Of a DNA stretch of 64,000 nt, positions 9,096 to 19,298 are shown piece by piece. Location of the stretch: the NCBI GenBank assembly GCA_963798845.1, contig CAWCUS010000004.1, positions 384,001-448,000 of the forward strand, read 5' to 3'. A program made the translations under genes and the position numbers. The DNA comes from an uncultured Gemmatimonadales bacterium. GTDB taxonomy: Bacteria > Gemmatimonadota > Gemmatimonadetes > Longimicrobiales > RSA9. The notes under the pieces are model-generated. The model had not been told where the DNA came from, made no database searches, and saw only the letters and a list, made by a program, of their open reading frames with translations. Position 1 is the first letter of the stretch, and the number at the start of each line of letters is the position of its first letter.

Positions 9096-12000
9096 TCAGC
9101 GCTCGTCGAGCGTGCGGCCGGTGTTCAGGCTATCCCAGTTCAACAGCGTGTTGAACACCAGGAAGTAGGAGCCGATGGTCCCGCCCCTCCAGACCGGATT
9201 GTTGGCGAACATGACCACGTGCCCCTTCTGCACGGGGACGTCCACGACAACCGGCCGCTGCGCTATGTCGTTTCCGCCACCGCCCAGGAGGCCGGAGACG
9301 AGCAGCCCCCGACTGTCGCCGAAGCGGAGCACGACCCGGGGGCGCTGGTCGGGCGGGATGACGTTGAGGGGGTCGCGCATCATCTCGTCCGTGACCGGCG
9401 CTGGCTGCCAGGGCTCGACCTCGGGCGCCGGCGGGGCCTCGAACTTCGGGTCCAGCAGCGGCCGGCCCTGGGGCACGTCGGGCTCGTCCGCACGGCCCCG
9501 GCCTGTCGGCCGACCGCCGCTCCCGGGGCGTAAGCCGCGGAAGCCGCGGCCGCCGCGCGTGCTGCTGATGCTGAAGCTGGCCCCGTCGTCGCTGTAGATG
9601 GCGAGGCTGTCGGGAATGCCGTAGACGATGGGACTCTTCTGATCGACGATGCGGGAGCGCAGCAGACTGCCCACCACTCGGCTGCTCGGGTCGTTCGTGC
9701 TCACGCCGCTGGTGAGCCCGTAGTCCACGGCGAAGTTGGAGGTGTTCGTGCTGGTGATCAGCACGCCGCCGCGCTCGACGAAGCGCTGGAGGTTGGCCAG
9801 CCCGCTCCAGCCGAGGCCGGGGCGGACGTCCGCGGTCTCATCGATCCTGCCGATGTTCGGTGTCTCCGCGGTGTGCTGCCACGGCATCGGGTTCCGCCAC
9901 ATGGGCATCCCCTCGATGATCGACTGTCCGCTCCCTCCCGCCGGGGGGAAGATGATGACGTCGTACTTCCCGTTCAGGTTCGGCTCCTTCGCCACGTCCT
10001 GGACGGAGATGTAGGTGTAGGGCAGGTCCAGCTTGTCGAAGGCCATGCGCCACCAGCCCTCGGTCTGCGTGCTGGTCCAGGTGTGCAGGATCGCCGCGCG
10101 CGCTGCCCGGAGCGGGTGCATCGCGACGTCGGGCGCGGTCGAAACCGCGTAGCTCTTCAATCCCAGCTCTTTCGTCGCCGCCTCGAAGTCGGCGCGGGAG
10201 ACGCCGCGGACCACGAAGCTGCCGCGGTCGAAATGGGTGCCGGCGGCGTCGAACGGCTCTTCCGCGGCGCGGAAGTCGGCCCTCGCGAAGCGGTAGCGGA
10301 GCGTGGCGAGGGCGTTGTCGCCGTCGTGATCGATCAGGAACACGTCGCCGCTTCCCTGGATACCTCCGGCGGGAGTGAGGGAACCGCCGACCGCCACCAT
10401 GGGCGCATCCAGCACGCCGGCGTCCACCACGCGGACCGCCTTCACGCCGAATCCCTCCGGGAAGGTCCAGCCGGTGTCATCGTAGGGGCGCTGCTGCTCG
10501 TCGTTCGGGGACCAGTACTGGTAGTCGAGAAGCGCGTCCGCGATGCGCGAATACGGCTGGTCCATGCGGATGACGTAGCTGCCCGCCGGAAACGTGCGCT
10601 GCTCGGAGCCCTGGTTCCCGGCGTGCGCGGCGACGGTGTCCGCGCCGGTGGCGACGCTGTCCGCGCCGGTGGCGACGCTGTCCGCGCCGGTGGCGACGCT
10701 GTCCGCGCCGGTGGCGACGCTGCCGCGCGGCGGCGACGCTGTCCGCGTCGGCGGGGCCCCGTCCGCCGCGGGGCTCGCGGGCGGCTTGTTCGGCGGGCAT
10801 CTGCACGGTGAACGGCGCGGTGGCGCGGGAGATCTCGACGTGCTGGAGCCGGAGCAGGCGGAGCAGGTCCGCCTGAGCGCCGGGGCGGGGCTCATCGGCC
10901 GGCAGGACGTACGCAGCCGGACCTTCGGTGTGCGCCTTCAGGACGGAGCGCTTGCTCTTCTCGTAGAAGTTCTGCAGGAAGAGCTTGCGGTTCTGCGCCA
11001 CGTAGCTGAGCGAGACGAGCAGCCCCGTCTGCTCGTAGTTGTTGTTGTTCCGCAGCGACCACATCACGCGCGGGAGCGGTGGATTCTGCTTGTACCAGGT
11101 GCGCGCGGTCTCGTTCGGCGAAAGGGTCCGCTCGACGGTTTCCGCCGTGCCGCCGTTGCCGAAAGTCTCGTACAGGCGGCTGATGCCGTTGTGCGTGGCC
11201 GCCATGAACATGAGATAGCCGGGCGACCAGGTGTCGAAGGTGCCGAACGCGAACACGCCGGGCATGCCGAAGCGGGTCATCTCCTGGACGTTGTTCCACC
11301 CGATCATCTGCCACTCGTTGGTGAGCAGCGGGTCGAGCCAGGCGTTGTAGGGGCCGTCGCCGATCGTGTTGTCGTAGAGGTAGGCCACGGACTCGTGCAG
11401 GTCGTGCAGCACCTGCGCGTTCCAGTCCAGGTACGCGTCCAGGACGTTCTGCGAGAGCTTGAGCGACAGCCCCATCGCATCCCGGTTGTTGTCGTGCCGC
11501 ACGTAATGGCCCCAGTAGATCACGCCAGGGGCCGTCTCGCCCGGATGCCGCTTGTGCCACTCGTAGACGTCCACCATCCGGTCCCGTCCATCCGCCTCCA
11601 CCACGGGAGTGATGAGCGTGATGACGTGATCGCGGATGTTCCTGATGTACGGGCTCTCGTCCACCGCCAGGCGGTAGGCCAGCTCCATGAGGGCCGTGGG
11701 CGCGCCCGCCTCGGTGGAGTGGATCGCCCCCGTGATGTAGTAGACCGGCGCAGCGCGGCCGGCGATCTCGGCCGCCTCGGCGTCGTTCATCCCGATGGTC
11801 CGTGGATCCGCCAGCCTGGCGAGATCGGCCCGGTTCTCGTCCAGGCGGCTCATCAGCGACTCCGACGCCACGGCCACCGCGATCATCTCCCGACCCTCCT
11901 CCGTCGTGCCGATGGAGTAGACCTTCACGCGCGGGCTCGCCTTTTCCAGCATGCGCATGTACTCGTACACCTCCTTCGAGTACGGCAGCTTCCCGGGCGC

Positions 12001-12276
12001 GCCCGCGACGTCGCCCAGCTCCTTCGCCGGCGTCGGCACGGTGGCGGACGCGGGCAGGTAGTCCACGAGCGGGGACAGGAAGAAGGGCTCCGTCGTATAC
12101 TCCCGGATCTTCCGGGTGTAGGCCGAGTCGATCGCCTGCGACGGGTCCCGCCCCGGCTGCGTCGCCGACGGGGCCGGCTCGCCGGGAGAAGGCCGCTGCG
12201 CGGCGGCACGGGACGGCGGGACGGCGGCGAGAGCGACGACGACGGCGAGGAAGAAGCCGGACGTGCGACGGCGCAT
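9096..12276 (-). pseudogene. Secreted M14 zinc carboxypeptidase with C-terminal GATase-like domain, split by a frameshift near 10722-10740
   Basis: ATG at 12276 with RBS and signal peptide. Motifs 'GAIHSTE' (HxxE), 'DNNRD', 'HDLHE'. The C-terminal half ('FPAGSYVIRMDQPYSR', 'PYDDTGWT', 'EGWWRMAFD', 'LQRFVERGG') is in another frame, and the switch falls in a degenerate repeat copy. Confidence 0.85.
10638..10740. repeat. 21-bp tandem repeat (4 perfect copies plus one 19-bp degenerate copy) encoding ADSVATG
   Basis: GTCCGCGCCGGTGGCGACGCT at 10638, 10659, 10680 and 10701, then GCCGCGCGGCGGCGACGCT at 10722-10740. Confidence 0.95.
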
Positions 12277-12552
12277 GATCGAACTCCACGATGATGTTGT
12301 GACAGGAGGCTCCGGCCGGCTGCCGGCCGGGGGATAGTGGGAAGCGTGCGTCGGGCGCACAAGCTTCAGCGGTCGGAGCTCGCCTCGACGCGGGAACGCA
12401 CCGGTGCCGGACACGGGCCGCGGCCGTGACATCGCCGGCAGGTCGCGCACCATCGAAACCGCGGACCACCATCCGGACGTAAGGGTCATCGAAACGGTCG
12501 AGCCGGACTCTCCGGCGGAGGTCCGCCGGAATCCCCCCACCCCAGCGATCCA

Positions 12553-15012
12553 ATGGCAGACTCACCGTCCCGCTTGCGGGAGATCGGGCGCGATCTCCGC
12601 TACGCCTTCCGCGGCTTCCGGAACGCCCCCGGCTTCACCCTCGTGGCCGTGCTCACGCTCGCCCTGGGGATCGGGGCCAACGCCGCGATCTTCAGCGTGG
12701 TCAACGGCGTGCTGCTGAAGCCGCTTCCCTACGCGGCCCCGGACCGGCTCGTGTTCCTCTACACCCAGTTTCCGACGCTCGGGTTCGAAAAGTTCTGGGT
12801 CTCGCCGCCGGAATATCGGGGGCTGCAGGAGCGGACCGGCTCGTTCTCGGCGATCGGCGCCTGGCGCACGGGCGCGGTGAACGTCGCGAGCGAGACGGAG
12901 CCGGTGCGGGTGCCGTCGGCTGTCGCGACCGCGGAGCTGTTCGACGCGCTGGGCGTCGCCCCGGAGCTGGGCCGCGCCTTCACCCGCGACGAGGACGTCG
13001 CGAACGAGCCAGTGGTGGTCCTCTCCCACGGGCTCTGGCAGAGCGCGTTCGGCGCTGACCCGGGGATCGTCGGGAGAGAGGTGGAGGTGGACGGGCGGCC
13101 GCGGACCGTGGTCGGCGTGATGCCGCGGGCCTTCGACGTGGAGGATGCCGGGATCGACGTCTGGGTGCCGGCGGGGATCCCCGAAAGCCCGACCAACTGG
13201 GGCTCCCATTACCTGAACCTGGTGGGGCGGCTGCGAAGCGGCGTCACGGTGGACCAGGCCGGCTCGGATCTGGCGGCGGTGGTGGAGCGCTGGCCGGAGA
13301 CCGCGGAGGATCACCACTCTCCCAGTCCCGAGCGGCACCCCGTGCTGATGCGATCGCTCGCCGAGGAGGAGGTGGGCGGCGTGCGCACCGCGCTCTTCCT
13401 GCTGCTGGGGGCCGTCGGCTTCGTCCTGCTCATCGCGTGCGCGAACGTCGCCAACCTGCTGCTCGCGCGCTCCGAAGGCCGCCAGCGGGAAGTGGCTGTG
13501 CGGTCGGCCATGGGTGCGGGGCGCGGTCGGCTCGTCCGGCAGTTCATGACCGAGAGCCTCGCGCTCGGTCTGGCGGGCGGCGCGCTCGGGCTGCTGGTCG
13601 GCTGGGGGGGCCTGCGCACCCTGCTCGCCGCCGCGCCCGACTCGCTGCCCCGCCTGGGCTCCATCGGCATGGACGGCTCGGTGATCGCCTTCACGCTCGC
13701 AGCCTCGATCCTGACCGGCCTCGTCTTCGGCTTCGCCCCGCTCCTCCACCTCTCCCACGGGATCATGGGCTCGGCGCTGAAGGAGGGCGGGCTGCGGAGC
13801 ACGGCGACCGGGTCGCGCATGCGGCTGCGTCGCCTCCTCGTGGTCTCGGAGGTGGCGCTGGCCGTGGTGCTCGTCGTCGGATCGGGACTCATGCTGCGGA
13901 GCCTCGCGGCGCTCCAGGAGGTGGATCCCGGCTTCGACCCGGACGGCCTGCTCACCTTCCAGCTCTACCTCCCCGCGGGCCGGTACGAGGACGCGGGCGC
14001 GACAGCGGCGTTCACGCGCGACCTGATCACCCGTCTGAAGGCGCTCCCGGGGGTGACCAGCGCCGCCGCCATGAGCGGACTGCCGCCGCTCCGGGAGGTG
14101 AACGCCAACGACACGGACTTCGAGGACTACGTGCCCGGCGGCCCGGGAGACCCGGTGGAGAACGTGGACTACTATCAGCAGGTCCACGGCGACTACTTCG
14201 CGACCATGGGCATCCCCATCGTTTCCGGCCGCGCGTTCCAGCCGGGCGACGAGGACCCCGCGATCCCCGTGGCGATCGTCAACGAGCGGCTCGCCCGAAC
14301 CTTCTTCCACGACATGGACCCGCTCGGCCGCCGCGTCCAGCCGGCGGGCGCGCCCGTCTGGCTGACCATCGTCGGCGTGGCCGCCGACGTGAAGCAGGGA
14401 GGTCTCGAGGCTCCCGTGGGAACGGAGCTGTACTTCTACAACCCGCAGGTCGCAGCGTTCGGAATCCCGCAGCGGAGCATGAACTTCGTGGTCCGGACCG
14501 AGCGGTCTCCCCTGTCGCTGGCCGGTGAAGTGCGTGGCGCGGTCCGGGAGATGGATCGCGGACTGCCCATCGCCAGCCTCCAGACCATGGACCAGAACAT
14601 GGCGGGCGCAATCACCCGGCCCCGATTCATCGCCATGCTCCTGACCGTGTTCGCCGCGCTCGCCCTCGTCCTCGCGGCCATCGGCACCTACGGCGTCATG
14701 GCCTACTCGGTCGCGGAGCGGAGCCACGAGATCGGCATCCGCATGGCCATGGGCGCACAGGCCGGCCGCGTCCTGCGCATGATTCTCGCCGCCGGCCTCT
14801 CCACCGCAGCCATCGGCGTGGCCCTCGGCGTCGCCGCCGCCCTCGCCGTCACGCGGCTCATGGCGTCGCTCCTCTTCGGCGTCGCCGCGACCGACATCGC
14901 CACCTTCCTGGTCGCGCCGGCGGTGCTGCTGGGCGTCGCCGCCGCCGCTTCGCTCCTCCCCGCTCGCCACGCCACGCGGCTCGACCCCGCGGCGGTGCTG
15001 CGCGAGGAGTAG
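12553..15012 (+). CDS. Duplicated MacB/FtsX ABC permease (ADOP family)
   Basis: '[47 protein letters not shown]', 'LLIACANVANLLLAR', 'EIGIRMAMGA', ending 'DPAAVLREE'. Confidence 0.95.
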   Translation: MADSPSRLREIGRDLRYAFRGFRNAPGFTLVAVLTLALGIGANAAIFSVVNGVLLKPLPYAAPDRLVFLYTQFPTLGFEKFWVSPPEYRGLQERTGSFSAIGAWRTGAVNVASETEPVRVPSAVATAELFDALGVAPELGRAFTRDEDVANEPVVVLSHGLWQSAFGADPGIVGREVEVDGRPRTVVGVMPRAFDVEDAGIDVWVPAGIPESPTNWGSHYLNLVGRLRSGVTVDQAGSDLAAVVERWPETAEDHHSPSPERHPVLMRSLAEEEVGGVRTALFLLLGAVGFVLLIACANVANLLLARSEGRQREVAVRSAMGAGRGRLVRQFMTESLALGLAGGALGLLVGWGGLRTLLAAAPDSLPRLGSIGMDGSVIAFTLAASILTGLVFGFAPLLHLSHGIMGSALKEGGLRSTATGSRMRLRRLLVVSEVALAVVLVVGSGLMLRSLAALQEVDPGFDPDGLLTFQLYLPAGRYEDAGATAAFTRDLITRLKALPGVTSAAAMSGLPPLREVNANDTDFEDYVPGGPGDPVENVDYYQQVHGDYFATMGIPIVSGRAFQPGDEDPAIPVAIVNERLARTFFHDMDPLGRRVQPAGAPVWLTIVGVAADVKQGGLEAPVGTELYFYNPQVAAFGIPQRSMNFVVRTERSPLSLAGEVRGAVREMDRGLPIASLQTMDQNMAGAITRPRFIAMLLTVFAALALVLAAIGTYGVMAYSVAERSHEIGIRMAMGAQAGRVLRMILAAGLSTAAIGVALGVAAALAVTRLMASLLFGVAATDIATFLVAPAVLLGVAAAASLLPARHATRLDPAAVLREE

Positions 15013-15052
15013 CGCCCGGACCGGCGCGGACCGGCCGCGCCGCCGACCGCGC

Positions 15053-16015
15053 TCATGCGTCTGACGACGTTCGGTCCGCGTCCGCCAGTCGCTCGCCTTC
15101 CGTTCGTTCCTCGGCCATGGCGGAGGCGAGCTCGCGCCGGGCCGCCTCCGTTATGGCCACGACGGCCGGGTGCTTCAGGCGGCGGTCCACCGTGATGGCG
15201 TAGAACTGCTCGCGGATCCCGATCGCACGGCCGACCTGTTCGACAGCGAAGCGGACCCGCAGGTCCTCCGCGATGATCGCAGGCGCTGCGAACATCCCGG
15301 CCCCCGCCTCCGCCAGCACGTGGATCAGGTCGATGTCCTCGACCTCCGCCACGATGCGCGGCTGGATGCCGTTGCGGGCGAACCAGTCCTCGATCGAACG
15401 TCGGAGCGCGTAGCCCTCGCCCGGCAGCAGGAAGGGCTGCCCGTCCAGGCTGCGAGGGAAGCCGTCCCGAGCGGCGTGCGCAAGGAGCGGAGGCCCGAAG
15501 ATATCGATCGGACTCGATCCCAGCGGGTGGTTGAACGCCTGCACGCTCACGTTCTGAGGGATCGGCATGTCCGCCAGCACCAGGTCCACCTCGTGCGTCG
15601 ACAGCGCTGCCATCAATCGCTCCGTCGCGTTCTCCCGGACCACCAGCCGCACGGGCCCCTCCACCGTGAAGGCCGGGTTGAGCAAATGGAAGGCGACCAG
15701 GTTCGGAACCGTCGCCGCCAGCCCCACCACCAGACGCACCGGCCGCCCCCCCACCCGCCCCCGAACCGTCTCTTCCAGCTCCCGCATCAGACGGTAGATC
15801 TCGTCCGCGTAGTCCAGCACCACCTTCCCCTCCGGCGTCAGCTCCATCGTCCGGCCGCTTCGATCGAACAGCCGATGGCCCAGCGCCTTCTCCAGCTTCT
15901 GGATCTGCACGCTGATGGACGGCTGGCTCACGTGCAGCGCCGCTGCCGCCGCCGTCACGCCGCCCTCGCGGGCCACGGTCCGGAAGTAGTGCAACCGTCG
16001 AAAGCTCAGAGTCAT
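15053..16015 (-). CDS. nhaR: LysR-family transcriptional activator, NhaR-like
   Basis: LysR HTH 'LHYFRTVAREGGVTAAAAALHVSQPSISVQIQKLE'. NhaR-type C-terminus 'FPRSLDGQPFLLP...IREQFYAITVDRRLKHPAV'. ATG at 16015 with RBS GGAGAGG. Confidence 0.8.
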   Translation of the reverse strand: MTLSFRRLHYFRTVAREGGVTAAAAALHVSQPSISVQIQKLEKALGHRLFDRSGRTMELTPEGKVVLDYADEIYRLMRELEETVRGRVGGRPVRLVVGLAATVPNLVAFHLLNPAFTVEGPVRLVVRENATERLMAALSTHEVDLVLADMPIPQNVSVQAFNHPLGSSPIDIFGPPLLAHAARDGFPRSLDGQPFLLPGEGYALRRSIEDWFARNGIQPRIVAEVEDIDLIHVLAEAGAGMFAAPAIIAEDLRVRFAVEQVGRAIGIREQFYAITVDRRLKHPAVVAITEAARRELASAMAEERTEGERLADADRTSSDA

Positions 16016-16064
16016 CCGCTCCCTCTCCAGGCCCGGTGTCCGGTCTACCATCGCGTCCGGGCAG

Positions 16065-16107
16065 GCATAGCTTCATCCTATGCAACCCAGCGTAAATATA
16101 TATTTCA
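16065..16107. promoter_or_regulatory. LysR recognition box (T-N11-A) plus adjacent AT-rich activation site
   Basis: Dyad GCATAG-N7-CTATGC at 16065-16083, followed by AAATATATATTTC in a GC-rich background, between nhaR and the divergent ORF. Confidence 0.75.
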
Positions 16108-16168
16108 CAACATGGCCTGGCCATGCGAGATTCGGTGCACGGCGGATCCCATCGAAAGGAGCGTGCGA

Positions 16169-16843
16169 ATGGCCATGACCATCATTCACCAGCCGCAGAG
16201 CCGGGCGAACGTATTGCGGGAGATGCTGCGCTGGGACCCGGCGGTGAAGCGAGCGGGGCTCCGGTTCGGGGAGGTGCAGGGGAGCGAGGACCGGCTCGAG
16301 CTGATCGTGCGGAGCGGTGCCCGGACGGTTCGGCTCGGGCGCGGCCGGGAATGGCGGGCTGTGCCGCTGGAGCGGCTGAAGCAGAGCTTGAGGGCGCAGC
16401 TCCTGTCTCACGCAGGCAGCGGTGGCGCCGGCGGCAACGCGGCGGGGCGTGTGTGGAGGGTCGGCGCGCGGCACCACCCGGGGTCGGATCCGTGTGGGCC
16501 ACGGTGGCGGAGCAGGAGCCCGGGCACGAGGGGGCTGAGGCTGCTGCCGGTCGGGGCCGGGCGGGCGGGGGTGCGGGCGAGCAGGCGACCGCGGGCGCCG
16601 CCTCGTTCCGGATCGGGGACGGGATGGCGGAATCCCCGCAGACCGGGAGGGTCTGCGGGGATTCCGGTGAAGGAGGTCAGCCGATCGAGTCCGGCACCGC
16701 GCCCACCTGGACGGGCCGGGAAGGCTCTTCCAGCGCCTCCTGCCAGCCGGTCACGTCATCGGCGAACGAGCGTGCCAGGGAAGCCAGGTCGACGGGTGCG
16801 GCGTCACCGGGGATCCCGCGGGACTGCACGCGCTCGAGGCTGA
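16169..16843 (+). CDS. Hypothetical protein divergent from nhaR (only the first ~85 aa look like real coding sequence; 3' end uncertain)
   Basis: Strong RBS AAAGGAG before ATG 16169. 'MAMTIIHQPQSRANVLREMLRWDPAVKRAGLRF...LERLKQSLRAQLL' is followed by low-complexity sequence that overlaps the 3' end of the TPR gene. Confidence 0.45.
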   Translation: MAMTIIHQPQSRANVLREMLRWDPAVKRAGLRFGEVQGSEDRLELIVRSGARTVRLGRGREWRAVPLERLKQSLRAQLLSHAGSGGAGGNAAGRVWRVGARHHPGSDPCGPRWRSRSPGTRGLRLLPVGAGRAGVRASRRPRAPPRSGSGTGWRNPRRPGGSAGIPVKEVSRSSPAPRPPGRAGKALPAPPASRSRHRRTSVPGKPGRRVRRHRGSRGTARARG

Positions 16844-17681
16844 CCCGGGCCTTGTCGTACTCCGGGTCGGCGGCGAGCGCCGCGTCGAACGCCACGACCG
16901 CCTCGGCCGGGTGTCCCGCGCGCTCCAGCGCCAGCCCCAGGTTGTTCTGGAACATGGACACGTCCGGGCGAAGCTCGGTGGCGCGTGCCAGCGACGGGAG
17001 CGCTTCTTCGTAGCGTCCTTCGCGAATCATGAGCAGCCCGAGGTTGTTCATGGTCCACGCGTCGCGGTGGTCCATCGCCAGGGCGCGGCGGTACGCCGCC
17101 ACCGCGTCGTCCACCATCCCCAGCTCCGAGCGGGCGTTTCCCAGCACGCGCCACGCCTCCACCGACGCGGGATCCAGCGCGACCACGCGCTCCGCGTACT
17201 CAAGGGCGTCGGATGCGTTCCCCTCCTCCAGCAGCACCCTGGCGAGATTGATCAGCCCCTTCCGGTGGTCGGGGGCCACCTCGAGCGTCTGCCGCAGCGC
17301 CTCCTCCGCCCGGACGTGGTCACCGGCCTTCCACGCCGAAATCCCCAGCATGTACCGGCCCCATGGGTTGTCCGGCCGGCGATCCGCGTACGCCTCGAAC
17401 AGGTCGGCCGCCTCGCCGTAGTCGCCGGATCGGTAGACCCGGTCGGCTTCCTCGTACGACACCTTCGACACCGCTGCCGGGGCGCCCGCCTCGGGTCCAT
17501 CCACGGTGACCGGCGCATCCATGCCCGTCCGGGCGACCGAGCCCACCGCCGCCCGCGGCTGCCCGGGCACTTTCGTGTCGCTTCCCGCGGGCATGGGACC
17601 GGACTCGTCCCCGCAGGCCGCCAGGGTGACCACGATCAGACCGGCCGCCAGCCCGCCCATTCCGCCTCGATTCCACATCAT
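16677..17681 (-). CDS. Tetratricopeptide-repeat lipoprotein
   Basis: Lipobox 'LAAC', RBS AGGGAGG, and about 6 TPR units (for example 'AWTMNNLGLLMIREGRYEEALPSLARATELRP'). Confidence 0.9.
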   Translation of the reverse strand: MMWNRGGMGGLAAGLIVVTLAACGDESGPMPAGSDTKVPGQPRAAVGSVARTGMDAPVTVDGPEAGAPAAVSKVSYEEADRVYRSGDYGEAADLFEAYADRRPDNPWGRYMLGISAWKAGDHVRAEEALRQTLEVAPDHRKGLINLARVLLEEGNASDALEYAERVVALDPASVEAWRVLGNARSELGMVDDAVAAYRRALAMDHRDAWTMNNLGLLMIREGRYEEALPSLARATELRPDVSMFQNNLGLALERAGHPAEAVVAFDAALAADPEYDKARVSLERVQSRGIPGDAAPVDLASLARSFADDVTGWQEALEEPSRPVQVGAVPDSIG

Positions 17682-17744
17682 GGTGTCCTCCCTTCTCCGT
17701 GCGCCGCTCCCCGGCGCGGGGTCCTTCGCCTGGCGGTACAGGAG

Positions 17745-17760
17745 AGCAAGGTCGTGACCG
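17745..17760 (-). promoter_or_regulatory. Sigma54 (-24/-12) promoter for the TPR lipoprotein gene
   Basis: Minus strand reads CGGTCACGACCTTGCT: GG-N10-GC with a TTGCT -12 element, about 65 nt upstream of the start codon. Confidence 0.6.
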
Positions 17761-17848
17761 CTTGTAGCACCATCTCATATGAACAGGTCTAACTACCACG
17801 AATACAACCACTTATCCAGTTCATGAACGGCGGCGTGTCCGGCGGAGT

Positions 17849-17898
17849 GTGTCGGTATGGACACGCCTGGCGGAGCGGGATTGTGTCCGGGTGGACAC
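17849..17898. promoter_or_regulatory. Two palindromic enhancer (UAS) sites, GTGTC-N6-GACAC
   Basis: GTGTCGGTATGGACAC at 17849-17864 and GTGTCCGGGTGGACAC at 17883-17898. An IHF-like ATACAACCACTTA at 17802-17814 lies between them and the promoter. Confidence 0.65.
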
Positions 17899-17921
17899 GG
17901 CGGCGGCGGGGTGGAGCGCGG

Positions 17922-19298
17922 CTACGCGCCGGCCTGCGTGGGCCGCTCGATGCCGAGACGGCGCATGATCTTGAGGAGGCTGGCGTGGTCGGCGAGGCCG
18001 AGGTCGTGGGCGGTGCGCGTGATGCCCCAGGCGTTGCGTTCGAGCGCCTCGAGGATGATGGCGCGCTCGGCTTCGGCCTTCCGCTCCTGGTAGGTCCCTT
18101 CGGGGGCTGCTGCGGCGGCGGGGACGGAGGGCCGTCCGCGGATCTCGGCGGGGACGTCGTCGGCTTCGAGCGTGTCGCCGGCGGTGGCGATGAGCATGCG
18201 CTCGATGACGTTGCGCAGCTCGCGGACGTTGTTGCGGCGCCAGTCGTAGTGCATGAGGGCTTCGAGGGCGTCGGGGCTGAAGTTCTTGTGGCGCATTCCG
18301 AAGCGCTCGGCGAGGAGGGCGACGAAGTGGCGGGCGAGCTCGGGGACGTCGGAGAGGCGGTCGCGGAGCGGCGGGATGCGAAGCACGTGGACGTTGAGGC
18401 GGAAGAGCAGGTCCTGGCGGAACGCCCCGGCCTCGACGGCGGCATCGAGGTCGCGGTGGGTGGCGGCGAGGACGCGGGCGCGGACGGAGACGGTCTCGTC
18501 GCCGCCGACGCGGGTGACCTCGCGGCTCTCGAGGGCGCGGAGCAGCTTGGCCTGGGCGGCTGCGGGGAGGTCGCCGATCTCATCGAGGAAGAGGGTGCCC
18601 TTGCCGGCGCGCTCGAAGGCACCCCGCCGCTGGCGGTCGGCGCCAGTGAAAGCGCCGCGCTCATGGCCGAAGAGCTCGCTCTCCACGAGGGCCTCGGGGA
18701 GGGCGGCACTGTTGACGGGCACGAACGGCTCCCCGGGGGCCGCGCCCATGGCGTGGAGGTCGCGGGCCACGAGCTCCTTCCCCGAGCCGCTCTCGCCGAG
18801 GATGAGGACGGGACTGGGGATGGGGGCGAGCCGCTGGATCCCCTCCTGGAGGCGTCGCATGGGGGCGCTGCCGCCGATGAGGGTGGTGTCGACATCGAGC
18901 CGGGCGCGGAGCGTCCGCACCTGGGTCCGGAGCCGCCCGCGCTCGAGCGCGCTCCGCACTTCCTGGATGACGCGCTGCATCGGCTCCGCCTTGTCGATGA
19001 AGCCGAACGCGCCGAGGCGGACGGCGCGAACACAGCGGTCGTAGTCGCCGGTGCCGGTGTAGACGACGACGGGGACGTCCCACCCGCGAAGGGCGAGCTG
19101 GCGCAGCACCTCGAAGCCGTCCATCCCGGGCATCTCGAGGTCGAGGATGACGCAGTCGATCGCCTCGTCGGCCAGGGCTTCGAGGGCATCGGGACCGGAA
19201 GTCGAGACGCGCACCCGCCAGCCGCCCAGGCGCTGGAGGTCGTAGGCGTACTGCTCCGCCATGGCCAGCACATCGTCCACCACCAGGATCCGCGTCAC
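17922..19298 (-). CDS. Sigma54-dependent response regulator (REC-AAA+-HTH, NtrC/AtoC family)
   Basis: 'ILVVDD', 'ILDLEMPGMDG', Walker A 'GESGSGKE', 'ESELFGHERGAFTGA', 'LFLDEIGDL', 'NNVRELRNVIER'. Confidence 0.95.
   Translation of the reverse strand: MTRILVVDDVLAMAEQYAYDLQRLGGWRVRVSTSGPDALEALADEAIDCVILDLEMPGMDGFEVLRQLALRGWDVPVVVYTGTGDYDRCVRAVRLGAFGFIDKAEPMQRVIQEVRSALERGRLRTQVRTLRARLDVDTTLIGGSAPMRRLQEGIQRLAPIPSPVLILGESGSGKELVARDLHAMGAAPGEPFVPVNSAALPEALVESELFGHERGAFTGADRQRRGAFERAGKGTLFLDEIGDLPAAAQAKLLRALESREVTRVGGDETVSVRARVLAATHRDLDAAVEAGAFRQDLLFRLNVHVLRIPPLRDRLSDVPELARHFVALLAERFGMRHKNFSPDALEALMHYDWRRNNVRELRNVIERMLIATAGDTLEADDVPAEIRGRPSVPAAAAAPEGTYQERKAEAERAIILEALERNAWGITRTAHDLGLADHASLLKIMRRLGIERPTQAGA

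Noticed and set aside
10638..10740. Tandem repeat as a CRISPR array
   Set aside because: The units are contiguous with no spacers, lie inside a coding linker, and no cas genes are present.
12451..12495. CATCGAAAC direct repeat and possible ECF promoter between the M14 and ADOP genes
   Set aside because: Only 9 bp. The GAAAC to CGT spacing of 18 nt is off the usual ECF spacing, so support is insufficient.
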